The notes under the pieces were generated by a model. The model saw only the letters and a program-made list of their open reading frames with translations, had not been told where the DNA came from and did not search any database. A stretch of 64,000 bases of DNA from Vitreimonas sp. (lineage in GTDB: Bacteria > Pseudomonadota > Alphaproteobacteria > Caulobacterales > Aquidulcibacteraceae): contig JBAQGO010000114.1 in assembly GCA_049287825.1 (NCBI GenBank), forward strand, positions 1,538-65,537, read 5' to 3'. The position numbers and the translations under genes were made by a program. This document shows, in pieces, positions 26,646 to 35,270 of this stretch (positions are counted from its first letter, which is position 1; each line of letters begins with the position of its first letter).

Positions 26646-26925
26646 CTCCGGCGGATGGACTTCCTGTAGCGCCGTTGACAGCCTCCACCGCGAATGGACG
26701 CAGGGCCTGGTGTCGGTGCAGCCGCGCCCTGTTCAAGGAAAACGCGAGATCGTCGTTATCTGCATCGATGCGGCTGGATCAATGCGGCTGGGCGACATTT
26801 GGGCGCGCGGGAAAACTGTAGCTCGCCTAGCAGAGTCGGCCACAACTTGGGGTGTTGAGCGGGGGAGGCTTTTGGCGCACCCTTAGCCCGACTCGACATC
26901 GCGCGTCGCGGCGAAGTGAAAACCA

Positions 26926-27549
26926 ATGGTGCTCCGAGCGCTGATAGCCGACGACCACGAACTTTTCCGCAGCGGCCTGAAGCAGCTGCTGGTGGACAAA
27001 TTTGGGTCTGTCGAGGTCCGCGAAGCTAAAACCCTGGACGACGCAATCGACCTGCTCACGGCTGAAGGCGGCGGCGACATCATTTTGGTGGATCTGCGCA
27101 TGCCCGGCATGTCGGGAGTGGAAGCGTTGTCGGCGCTGCGCGACGGATTTCCAAACACGAGAGTGGCCGTCGTCTCGGGCTTTGACGAGCGCGCAGAAAT
27201 CATGGCGGCGTTAGGCGCGGGCGTGCACGGCTATATTCCCAAATCCTTGTCCGGCGGTGAAATCGCCGCCGCCATCAAAACCATCCTCGATGGCGGCATT
27301 TACGCCCCAGCCGCGCTCGGACGGCGTGACCCAGAGCGCTCTTTGCCAAGCGCGAACGCGCTCGACGCCGACAAGCTGACAGGCCGGCAAAAGGAAGTCT
27401 TAGCGGAATTGCTAAAGGGACAGGCCAGTAAGGAAATCGCCCGCGGCCTTGGCATTGCCGAGGGCACTGTGAAGATCCACCTGGCTGCGATCTATCGCGC
27501 GCTCGGCGTACGCACCCGCGCGGAAGCGATCGCGCGCCTCAGATCGTAA
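26926..27549 (+). CDS. NarL/FixJ (LuxR-type) response regulator
   Basis: REC (LIADDHELF, VDLRMPGMSG) plus a LuxR HTH (LTGRQKEVLAELLKGQASKEIARGLGIAEGTVKIHL). Confidence 0.9.
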   Translation: MVLRALIADDHELFRSGLKQLLVDKFGSVEVREAKTLDDAIDLLTAEGGGDIILVDLRMPGMSGVEALSALRDGFPNTRVAVVSGFDERAEIMAALGAGVHGYIPKSLSGGEIAAAIKTILDGGIYAPAALGRRDPERSLPSANALDADKLTGRQKEVLAELLKGQASKEIARGLGIAEGTVKIHLAAIYRALGVRTRAEAIARLRS

Positions 27550-27849
27550 CGCAGCGCGGCGCGATCCCGCTCGCTCAATACTCTGTCAGCCGCGTGGCGC
27601 CGATGTGTCAGAGATCGTCGCCGACCTCGCGTTCGAGAAGTGATGCTTTGATCTGGTGCTCACCGGTCAGTTTCGCGGTGTCGCCGCACAGCGAGCAGGC
27701 ATTTGAGTGATAGGCAGCAAAGTTCACGCATAATCCTAGTGTCTAGTTGGCAATCTGTGGGAATCAGCGCCGCAGCTTGAGCACCCGGTTGGTCTGATGT
27801 CTGCTTTGCAGAAGCAAGACGCGAACGTCTGTTGTTTAGCGGCTGTTCC

Positions 27850-28557
27850 TCAGCGCCGCGACAATTCCCATTGCCTATCGCGGGCGTCGCGTTCCGCACG
27901 AGCGTCGAGTGCGTTGCCACTCATCGCTGATTGCGCCGCTTGCAGAATCGCGGGGTCTATCGCTGAGGCAGCGGTGCGCATATCGCCGCTCTGCGCCGCC
28001 GGGTCGTGGGTGACGATCTCAAGCCGCCACCGCAAAGCAGACCGGCAGGCGAGGCCCTGCATCTGCGCAGCGTTCATCGCGAATGTGCGGCAGAAGGCGC
28101 CGCCGTTATTGCGATAGGTGAGGCCGATGCGCACCGGCTTGCCCGTGTCGGAAGCGAGCTGGGTGTCGAGCGCCTGATGCAGCGGGCCGGCGGCGACCAG
28201 CGTGGCGTTATCCGTGGACACGACAGCTTGTGGACGCAGCATGCCGATCCCAACGATCAAACCAGCGGCAAGGCTTGCCGCCATGGCGCCCCACTCGCGC
28301 ACGCTCCAGCGCGGCCGCCGCACGGCGAGCGACACGACATTCGCCGGCGCTTGCACAGCCGCCACAAGCTTCGCGGGCGGCGGCTCCTGGGCAATCGGAT
28401 CGAACGCGGCGTTGATGCGGGTGCGCAAGCGCTGTTGCGCTTCGAGCTGGGCGTGCAGAGCGGGATCGGCGTCGAGCGCGCGCTGCACTTCGGCGCGTTC
28501 GGCCTCCGACAGTTCGCCGTCGGCAAAAGCGATCAAGGTTTCGAGGTCGACCTTCAT
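27850..28557 (-). CDS. anti-sigma factor (N-terminal anti-sigma domain, one TM, periplasmic domain)
   Basis: MKVDLETLIAFADGELSEAERAEVQRAL..., TM WGAMAASLAAGLIVGIGML, C-terminal extracytoplasmic domain. The ATG overlaps the sigma stop (ATGA at 28557). Confidence 0.75.
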   Translation of the reverse strand: MKVDLETLIAFADGELSEAERAEVQRALDADPALHAQLEAQQRLRTRINAAFDPIAQEPPPAKLVAAVQAPANVVSLAVRRPRWSVREWGAMAASLAAGLIVGIGMLRPQAVVSTDNATLVAAGPLHQALDTQLASDTGKPVRIGLTYRNNGGAFCRTFAMNAAQMQGLACRSALRWRLEIVTHDPAAQSGDMRTAASAIDPAILQAAQSAMSGNALDARAERDARDRQWELSRR

Positions 28558-29057
28558 CACACAGCTCCCAACAGCGATTGCAGCGCTTCGCGCCCGCGCG
28601 CCAGCCGGCTCGTTACCGTGCCGATTGGCACGCCCAAAACGTCGGCGGCTTCGCGGTAAGCGAGGCCTTCTACGCACACAAGCGCGATCGCTTCGCGCTG
28701 CTCGTGCGGCAGCTGCTGCATCGCAACCCAAACATCTTGCGCTTCCAGCCGCGCGTGCATTGTACTCTCTCCATCCTCGCCCACCTGGTCGCCGAGTTCA
28801 GCGGCGACGAAGGTGCGGCCCCGTCTGGCGCGCGATCGAGCCTCGTCGATCCAGGCGTTGCGGACGATGCTGAACATCCACGCGTCAAGCCGCGTGCCCG
28901 CCTGGAACTGATCGAGACGACCCAAAGCCCGCTCAATCGCGATCTGCACGATGTCGTCGGCGTCGGCGACCTGACCCGTCAGGGAACAAGCAAACCGGCG
29001 AAGGCGCGGCAGCGACGCGATGATGTCTGAGCGGATCTGCTGCTGGTCGCTCGCCAT
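28557..29057 (-). CDS. ECF-type RNA polymerase sigma factor
   Basis: DADDIVQIAIERAL...LDAWMFSIVRNAWIDEAR and REAIALVCVEGLAYREAADVLGVPIGTVTSRLARGR. Confidence 0.9.
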   Translation of the reverse strand: MASDQQQIRSDIIASLPRLRRFACSLTGQVADADDIVQIAIERALGRLDQFQAGTRLDAWMFSIVRNAWIDEARSRARRGRTFVAAELGDQVGEDGESTMHARLEAQDVWVAMQQLPHEQREAIALVCVEGLAYREAADVLGVPIGTVTSRLARGREALQSLLGAV

Positions 29058-29154
29058 CTTTTCTCCAAAACGAGTCTGTTCCTGGTTTTAATCCATCTCG
29101 GTTGCGTTTTGGGCGAACCGGAAGAGAATCCTAACCTGGCTCGTTCTGTGAGGT

Positions 29155-30438
29155 ATGAGAGTGCGTCTAGCCGTCCTTGCCATCGCGCTGGTCCTGTTAA
29201 GCGAACCGGCCTTCGCGCAGCTTGGCGGCTTGGGGCTGCCGAGCGCGCAGCTCCCGTCTCTGCCGAACGTGGGGCAGGGCGTGCAGGACATTTCACGCCC
29301 CACCGAGGGCGTTGAAAATACTATTCGCGATCTCCCGCAAACGACCGGTGCGCAAATTCGGTCGCTGCTGCGCCAGCACCGCGACGCCATTGACCGCGAC
29401 CCGCAGGGCAATGCGATTGTCCGCGGCGAGGTGCTGGCCATCGCCCCGGGCGCTGCCGCGCTTTCAGCCGCGCAAGCGGCAGGATTTACCATTGTGCGAA
29501 CCGATGCGCTCGACGGCGTTGGCGACCTCGTTACATTGCGCGCGCCCAACGGCATGAGCGCGCCACAGGCGCTGCAACGCCTGCAGCGCGCCGATCTCCA
29601 AGGCCTTTACGATCTCGATCATATCCACTTGCCGTCAGGCGCAGCCGCTGCCCAGGCCGCAGCATTGCCCGCTGCAAGCGCGGTGCGCGCAGGCGGCGCA
29701 CGCGTTGGTTTGGTCGATGGCGGCGTCGGCGCACATCCATCGCTTGCAGACGCGGTCGCTGAACAGCGCGCGTTCTCTAGCCCTTCCGTCGTGACCACGC
29801 CCCACGCAACGGCGATTGCTTCGCTGCTGGTGGGCCGCGGCGCAGGCGTCGCAGGCGCAGCGCCCGGCGCCCAAGTTTATGTGGCTGACATCTACGGTGG
29901 TCAGCCCACGGGCGGATCCGCCGCGGCGCTTACCCGTGCGCTCTCATGGCTCGCTTCAGAAGGCGTGCCAGTGATCAATGTGAGCTTGGTCGGTCCGCGC
30001 AACCGCATTGTTGAAGCGGTTGTCGAACATCTGGTTGCGCGTGGGTTCGTCATTGTTGCAGCTGTCGGCAATGATGGTCCTGCAGCGCCGCCGCTGTTTC
30101 CGGCATCTTATGCTGGTGTCGTCGGCGTTACAGGCGTTGACGCTCATCAGCACGTCCTGATCGAAGCGGGACAAGGGCCTCAAGTTGCGTTTGCTGCGCC
30201 GGGGATGCCGATCGCCGCATCGGGAACGGGTGTGGCGCGCATGCGCGGGACCTCCTTTGCGGCGCCGGTAGTCGCGGGCTTATTGGCGACACGCCTTGCG
30301 ACGGCTGATCCAGCACATGCGCAGAATGCGGTGGCGTCGTTGCGTAGCGAAGCGCGTGATCTCGGCGCCCGCGGGCGTGACAACGTCTACGGCTATGGGC
30401 TCGTCGGCGCGAATTTCTTGCTGACCAGTACGCACTGA
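29155..30438 (+). CDS. secreted S8 (subtilisin-like) serine peptidase
   Basis: Signal peptide (LAVLAIALVLLSEPAFA) and catalytic triad contexts VGLVDGGV (Asp), HATAIASLL (His), GTSFAAPVVAG (Ser). The start may instead be the GTG at 29161. Confidence 0.85.
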   Translation: MRVRLAVLAIALVLLSEPAFAQLGGLGLPSAQLPSLPNVGQGVQDISRPTEGVENTIRDLPQTTGAQIRSLLRQHRDAIDRDPQGNAIVRGEVLAIAPGAAALSAAQAAGFTIVRTDALDGVGDLVTLRAPNGMSAPQALQRLQRADLQGLYDLDHIHLPSGAAAAQAAALPAASAVRAGGARVGLVDGGVGAHPSLADAVAEQRAFSSPSVVTTPHATAIASLLVGRGAGVAGAAPGAQVYVADIYGGQPTGGSAAALTRALSWLASEGVPVINVSLVGPRNRIVEAVVEHLVARGFVIVAAVGNDGPAAPPLFPASYAGVVGVTGVDAHQHVLIEAGQGPQVAFAAPGMPIAASGTGVARMRGTSFAAPVVAGLLATRLATADPAHAQNAVASLRSEARDLGARGRDNVYGYGLVGANFLLTSTH

Positions 30439-30531
30439 AAACGAAGGTTCCCACGGAAGAAAACCAAAACGGCGACCGTTCTCCATGCGAAGCCGGCCCA
30501 AAGCCGGTGAGATTTCGTAAGGAGGACACCC

Positions 30532-31140
30532 ATGAAACGCATGTTTTTGATCGCCACCGCGATAGCGCTCGCATTCGTGGCGCAACCCGCTTCGGCGCAA
30601 TTGCTTGGCGGTGGCGGCGGTCTTACCGGCGGCGCGACGGGCAGTCTCGGCGGCGCCATTGGCGGGGTTGGTGGCGCCGCCAACGGATCGCTCGCCGGCA
30701 GCGTCAGCGGTAGCGCTGATACAAGCCGCGTCGATCAAGTAACGACCCGCGCGCAACAACGCGCCGCGCAGGCCGAACAACGCGCGCGTGAGCGGGCGCG
30801 CCGGGCAGCCAACACCGCGGCGAACACTGTGAGTAGCGTGAATGGCGGCGCACAAGGTAGCGGCGCCGGCAGCCTTGAACTCGGACCGTTGAATGCGCAA
30901 GGCCAAGGTTCCGGCGCAGCCTCGCTCACGGGCCCGGATGCGCGCCCACTCGTCGGCAATGCGAGCTCAATCACTCGCGGCGTCGTCCATCGCGCACGCA
31001 GCGCTGTTGAGGGTGTCGGCAAACCCGACGTGTCGGTCAGTGGCTCGGCTTCCGCAAACGGCTCAGCGTCATCGAATTCTTCCGGCGCCAACGCCAACGG
31101 CTCGACCACCGGCAACGCGTCGGTGAGCGGGCATCCGTAA
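30532..31140 (+). CDS. secreted low-complexity Gly/Ser/Ala/Asn-rich protein
   Basis: Sec signal MKRMFLIATAIALAFVAQPASA, then GGGGGLTGGATGSLGG... repeats, a central charged helix QRAAQAEQRARERARRAAN, and an SGSASANGSASSNSSGANANGS tail. Confidence 0.55.
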   Translation: MKRMFLIATAIALAFVAQPASAQLLGGGGGLTGGATGSLGGAIGGVGGAANGSLAGSVSGSADTSRVDQVTTRAQQRAAQAEQRARERARRAANTAANTVSSVNGGAQGSGAGSLELGPLNAQGQGSGAASLTGPDARPLVGNASSITRGVVHRARSAVEGVGKPDVSVSGSASANGSASSNSSGANANGSTTGNASVSGHP

Positions 31141-31146
31141 AGGAGC

Positions 31147-31178
31147 GAGAGCGACGGCGCTCATGCGCCGTCGCTCTC
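31147..31178 (+). terminator. strong hairpin (putative terminator, no U-tract)
   Basis: Perfect 14-bp stem GAGAGCGACGGCGC (31147-31160) / GCGCCGTCGCTCTC (31165-31178) with loop TCAT. It begins 7 nt after the stop at 31140. Confidence 0.5.
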
Positions 31179-31397
31179 ATGGCGGGAGCAGATCGGTGAA
31201 GAGCGACAATAGTTCTCTTAGGCGATCCCGCGCCGGCGCTATGGTCGTTTTGGCGCTTTGGATCTTTGCTTGGATAGCTTGGATTTGCCTGCGGTGAGGC
31301 TTGCGTACGTCTGCTTATCGACATGAGCGCGTTAGAGTGCGCTTTTGGGATCGAAAAGAGGGCCGCCCAGGAAAGAGCGGCCTTCTTCGTTCATCGG

Positions 31398-32501
31398 CTA
31401 GCGATGCACGCGCTCCTGGGGATCGATGGCGCCGAGGCTGCGCACGATCTCGAACGCACCGGCCTTGGCGCGGCCGATATACATATTCATCCGCGCATGG
31501 TGTTGGCCGGGCGCCATCTCTGCCCCACCGCCAGGTCCATCTGCGATCTTGGCGTGATCGAGTGCGGCAGCGACGTCATAGGCATTGATGGATCGGCTCT
31601 CCTTCACGGCGGCCTCCCACAATTTGACGCCGCGATAAAGGCCAGAGCAGGCGCTGCCGCCGGTGAATTGTTGCGCGCCCGGGAAACGCTTGTTGTAGCG
31701 CGCTAGCAATTCGCGGCTGAACGGGTGGCTGATAGTCTGATAATAATCGAGACAGCTATAGAGGCCGTCGGTCACCTCGGCCGGCAACGCCGCCAGCATG
31801 TTTTCGTCGAAATAGGTGCAGATGACTTTGCCGCCGCGCGCTTGAAAGCCGGCATCGTAAAGTTGGCGAAGGAAAAATTCCGCGCCCCCCGGCACGGTGG
31901 TGTTGAACACCACCTCAGTCCCGCTCGACATGATTTTTGCAACGGTCGCCGCATAATCCGCGTGGGTGAGAGGATAGTAGTCCTCGCCGAGAATTTCACC
32001 GCCATTCTCGGCAATGACCTTGCGCGCGCTTTGATTCAAAAGGCGCGGCCAGATGTAATCGGCCGAAGGGAGGTAAAACCGCTTGGCGCCTGTCGATTGC
32101 ATAAGCCAAGGGATAAGCGGCTCGACCTGCTGGGCCGGTACGGGTCCGGTACAGAACATCAGCGGGTGATAATCCTGACCTTCATATTGCTCGGGATAGA
32201 TGTAAAGCGTTTTGCCTTGCTCCACGGCCGGGCCTTTGATGGCCTGGCGCGTGGAGCTGAAGATGCCGCCAAGCAGCACGTCCACCTTGTCTTGCTGTAC
32301 AAGTTTGGTTGCGGTGGCCGCAGCGACACTGTCGGTGGTTGCCCCGTCTTCGACGATGAGTTCGAGTTCGCGGCCCAAAACGCCGCCTGCGCTATTGATG
32401 TCGTCGATCGTCATTTTGATGGTGTTGGCGTTGGCCCCGCCCATGAAGGCGAGCGGACCAGTTAGTTCGGCGATCATTCCGACTTTGATGGATTTGGTCA
32501 T
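31398..32501 (-). CDS. AmiC-like cytoplasmic ligand-binding protein (type I periplasmic-binding-protein fold, no signal peptide)
   Basis: Starts directly with MTKSIKVGMIAELTGPLAFMGG. YPEQYEGQDYHPLMFCTGPVPAQQ parallels [24 protein letters not shown] of P. aeruginosa AmiC as I recall it. Confidence 0.75.
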   Translation of the reverse strand: MTKSIKVGMIAELTGPLAFMGGANANTIKMTIDDINSAGGVLGRELELIVEDGATTDSVAAATATKLVQQDKVDVLLGGIFSSTRQAIKGPAVEQGKTLYIYPEQYEGQDYHPLMFCTGPVPAQQVEPLIPWLMQSTGAKRFYLPSADYIWPRLLNQSARKVIAENGGEILGEDYYPLTHADYAATVAKIMSSGTEVVFNTTVPGGAEFFLRQLYDAGFQARGGKVICTYFDENMLAALPAEVTDGLYSCLDYYQTISHPFSRELLARYNKRFPGAQQFTGGSACSGLYRGVKLWEAAVKESRSINAYDVAAALDHAKIADGPGGGAEMAPGQHHARMNMYIGRAKAGAFEIVRSLGAIDPQERVHR

Positions 32502-32533
32502 GACGTTTCCCCGATCCTTATGTGCGCTTGGCG

Positions 32534-32806
32534 TCAGGCTGGATATTGGCCGGCCAGCACAGCAGCCTGCGGCTTGCCGTTGTGACCAGCCTCTTGGAAG
32601 ATGGGCGGGACGGCGGGATCGGAGACGAAATTCTTGAAGCCGGCTTCGTCCCAGTCGAATACGACCCAGACGCGATCGGTTTCGGTCGGATCGCGAAAGA
32701 CGATTGCGCCCTTGGAGCCGTGCTGCTTGCGCTTTTCGGCGCCCTTGGTCGAAAAGATCTTCAGGAAGCGGTCAAGGTCTTCGACTTTTGTGGTAGCGAG
32801 CATCAT
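32534..32806 (-). CDS. small ferredoxin-like-fold protein of unknown function
   Basis: 90 aa from ATG-ATG (MMLATTKVEDLDRFLKIFSTKGAEKRKQHGSKGAIVFRDP...VWVVFDWDEAGFKNFVSDP). Confidence 0.5.
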   Translation of the reverse strand: MMLATTKVEDLDRFLKIFSTKGAEKRKQHGSKGAIVFRDPTETDRVWVVFDWDEAGFKNFVSDPAVPPIFQEAGHNGKPQAAVLAGQYPA

Positions 32807-32882
32807 CTGGCTTTCTCCGTCGCGGCAATTGCGAGGAGGAGAAGCTAGCCGGGCGCCTGACGCCCCGCCTGAGGAGAATCCC

Positions 32883-34433
32883 CTAGGTTTTGCCCGGCTG
32901 CAAAAGCCCGCGTTCGAGGGCGAAGAGGGTGGCGCCACCGCGGGTCTTCACGCCCAGTTTCGAATAAATGGCCTGGATGTGATTATCGACGGTCTTAGGC
33001 GAGAGCCGCATATCTCGCGCGATATCCTTGTTGGCGCCGCCGCGGGCCAATGCCTGCAACACTTCAATTTCGCGCGCGGTCAGTCCAGCCACGAAGGTCA
33101 CCTTCTTGACGCGCCCGGTTTGCCCCGCCGCCTCCAGCACCGCAGACACAGCTTCACCGCAAAGCCCACCGGCCCGCGCACGCTCGCGTAACTGAAGCGC
33201 TGCTTGCTTGGGGGCATGCGCTTCGCGTCCGCCGCGCACCTCGGTCAATGTCTGATAGACGTCTGCTGCAGCCAACAGCCGGCTCGCCGCGGGAAGATCG
33301 CTGCCGCGGCAGGCGCGGTGAAAGCCGCTGCCGTCGAGCCGCTCGTGGTGTTGGGCGATAACTACGCCAATCCGCGCCAAGCCGGGCACGCGATGCAGCA
33401 GCCGCTCGGCGTAATAGGGATGCAAACGCGATTGTTCCGATCCCGCGTGCGAGAGGCGCTGGGGTCCGGGAATGGCGGTGTAGCCGAGATCATGCATGAG
33501 GCCTGCGCGGCGCACCAGCGCGCGGTCCTCGCCAGAAAATTTCGCGACGTTGGCGGCGGCGTCGACAAGAGCGCTGACGGCGCGCGAGTGACCAGCGATT
33601 GCCGGCGATTTCAAATCGATGAAGTCTGCAAGCACTTCGCAAGCTCCGTCGAGTTCATCGTCCGACAAGGAAATATCGTCGGGCGGAAAATCGCAGATTG
33701 CACGTTCCCAAGCCGCGTCATCGTTGGTTTCAGCCAGCAGCCGCGCAAGGCGCGGCAACACGGTATCGACGACGGCCGGATCGTAAGCAGCACCGCTCCG
33801 GGAGTGGACGCGGGCGGCAACCTCATCGATGGACAGGAAGCCGCCAAGACGGATGCAATGATGCACGACGGTGGCGATCCGCACGGGTAGTGCGACCGCG
33901 TCGCCGACGAGGCCATCGGGTATGCCTTTGCCATCCCAGCGCTCGTGTGTCTGGCTCAGATTGCGTTGCACCGCGCCTGAAAGACCAAGGCGCTCGGCAA
34001 GCTTACCTGCCGTTTCGCAATGGCTGTGAAACACCCTGTTGGCCGCACCCATGATGGCGTTGAATGCAGCGTCGCCTGGCGCTTGCGGGCTCAGACCCTC
34101 GCGGCCGCTTCCGACGTGAGAGAGAAGCAAAGCAAGCATTTGCGCTGGATCGGCGCGCTCGATGCGTACTACTTCCTGGCGCAAAGTAATCTCATCGCCG
34201 AAGAGCGCGTTCAACACGTCGGTCTCGGCGTTGCAGCCGGATGCTTGCAATAGTCCCTGATAATAGCTTTCCGCGGCGAGGGCCTCGTCGCAACCCATGC
34301 CTCGCGCCACGTCCATGGAGGCCACCGCCGAACGCAGGCCGTAACCGACCGGTTGCCCGATCGCGAAGTCGACCGCGAGCGACAGCACGCCGATGATTTC
34401 GTTGCGGCGCACGGCGGGCGCGGAAGCGGTCAT
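32883..34433 (-). CDS. tandem HD/HD-GYP-like domains fused to a C-terminal LuxR HTH
   Basis: First domain is degenerate (THERWDGKGIPDGL). The second has GHSRAV, MHDLGY and QHHERLDGSGFH. C-terminus: LTAREIEVLQALARGGANKDIARDMRLSPKTVDNHIQAIYSKLGV. Confidence 0.8.
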   Translation of the reverse strand: MTASAPAVRRNEIIGVLSLAVDFAIGQPVGYGLRSAVASMDVARGMGCDEALAAESYYQGLLQASGCNAETDVLNALFGDEITLRQEVVRIERADPAQMLALLLSHVGSGREGLSPQAPGDAAFNAIMGAANRVFHSHCETAGKLAERLGLSGAVQRNLSQTHERWDGKGIPDGLVGDAVALPVRIATVVHHCIRLGGFLSIDEVAARVHSRSGAAYDPAVVDTVLPRLARLLAETNDDAAWERAICDFPPDDISLSDDELDGACEVLADFIDLKSPAIAGHSRAVSALVDAAANVAKFSGEDRALVRRAGLMHDLGYTAIPGPQRLSHAGSEQSRLHPYYAERLLHRVPGLARIGVVIAQHHERLDGSGFHRACRGSDLPAASRLLAAADVYQTLTEVRGGREAHAPKQAALQLRERARAGGLCGEAVSAVLEAAGQTGRVKKVTFVAGLTAREIEVLQALARGGANKDIARDMRLSPKTVDNHIQAIYSKLGVKTRGGATLFALERGLLQPGKT

Positions 34434-34699
34434 GCGCGAGAATTGCGGGCCACACCATCGCCTGCAACCAAAATCGCTAGTGGGACCCGGCGAATCGGCC
34501 GGCGCGCAACTGAGACGTCGCTTGCCGACGGCGACACGCAGGGTTCGCTTTTGGGGTCTGAGACGATGACCCGTCGTCACAACCGCTTCCTGATGTCGCG
34601 AAACTCGCCCTGGCGGCGCACCTCTCAAGCTCCGAGCGTATGACGATGTCAGCACCGATGCGCCCGCGCATCAAGGCTCCGTCTCGCATAGACTGACTG

Positions 34700-35059
34700 A
34701 TGGCTGCGGTGCGCCGAGGTCGCCGACCAGTTCGCGCAGTCACTCGGCGGCGAGATCGACGTTTAGCTCTCGATCCCAATACCGCAATTGGCCCAAAGTG
34801 GCGACAAAGCCATCTGCCGACCCCTTGTCCTCCAAGAGGAGACGCGGAAAGCGGTTCAACGCCTTCGCTCAAGACGCAGATCCGCCAATTGCGCTTGAAC
34901 GACCTAAGTCACGCCGACGATCTGGCGCTTGTGCGGCTTTCGCTAGCGCCTGAAGCCGCGACCGGGCTCGCCGTCGAAGACTGCGAGATTACGTGCGCCG
35001 CGGACTTGGCGGGCCTCTCAGCTTGCCTCGAAGCGGTTGTCGATGCGCGTGCGCTTTAG
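34700..35059 (+). CDS. hypothetical small protein, paralog A of 50118..50474
   Basis: The C-terminal 70 aa align with the second copy (PSLKTQIRQLRLNDLSHADDLALVRL...CAADLAGLSACLEAVVDARAL). Start uncertain. Confidence 0.4.
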   Translation: MAAVRRGRRPVRAVTRRRDRRLALDPNTAIGPKWRQSHLPTPCPPRGDAESGSTPSLKTQIRQLRLNDLSHADDLALVRLSLAPEAATGLAVEDCEITCAADLAGLSACLEAVVDARAL

Positions 35060-35270
35060 CGATGGCGCCGCGGAGAGCTGGCGCTCGCAGCCGGGGGTCT
35101 CTTCTAATCTGGCGGCCGCGGGCCGGCCGAGGTTCTCTCAGATTGCGGACAGATATGCTCGTTGAGCGATGCTTGGCGTTGTGCTTGCCGGCTTGTCAGG
35201 CGGTCTTCGCGACGCCTCGGCGGCCAGGGTTGATTTGCGAAACGGTCTGCGGGCGGGCGAAGGTTCGGGT

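Noticed and set aside
29120-29145. GGAAG-N17-CGTT in the sigma/protease intergenic region, considered as the ECF-dependent promoter of the S8 protease.
   Set aside because: The -10 element ends only 9 nt before the ATG at 29155. It would exclude the GAGG ribosome-binding site that serves the alternative GTG at 29161, and the -35 element has a mismatch.
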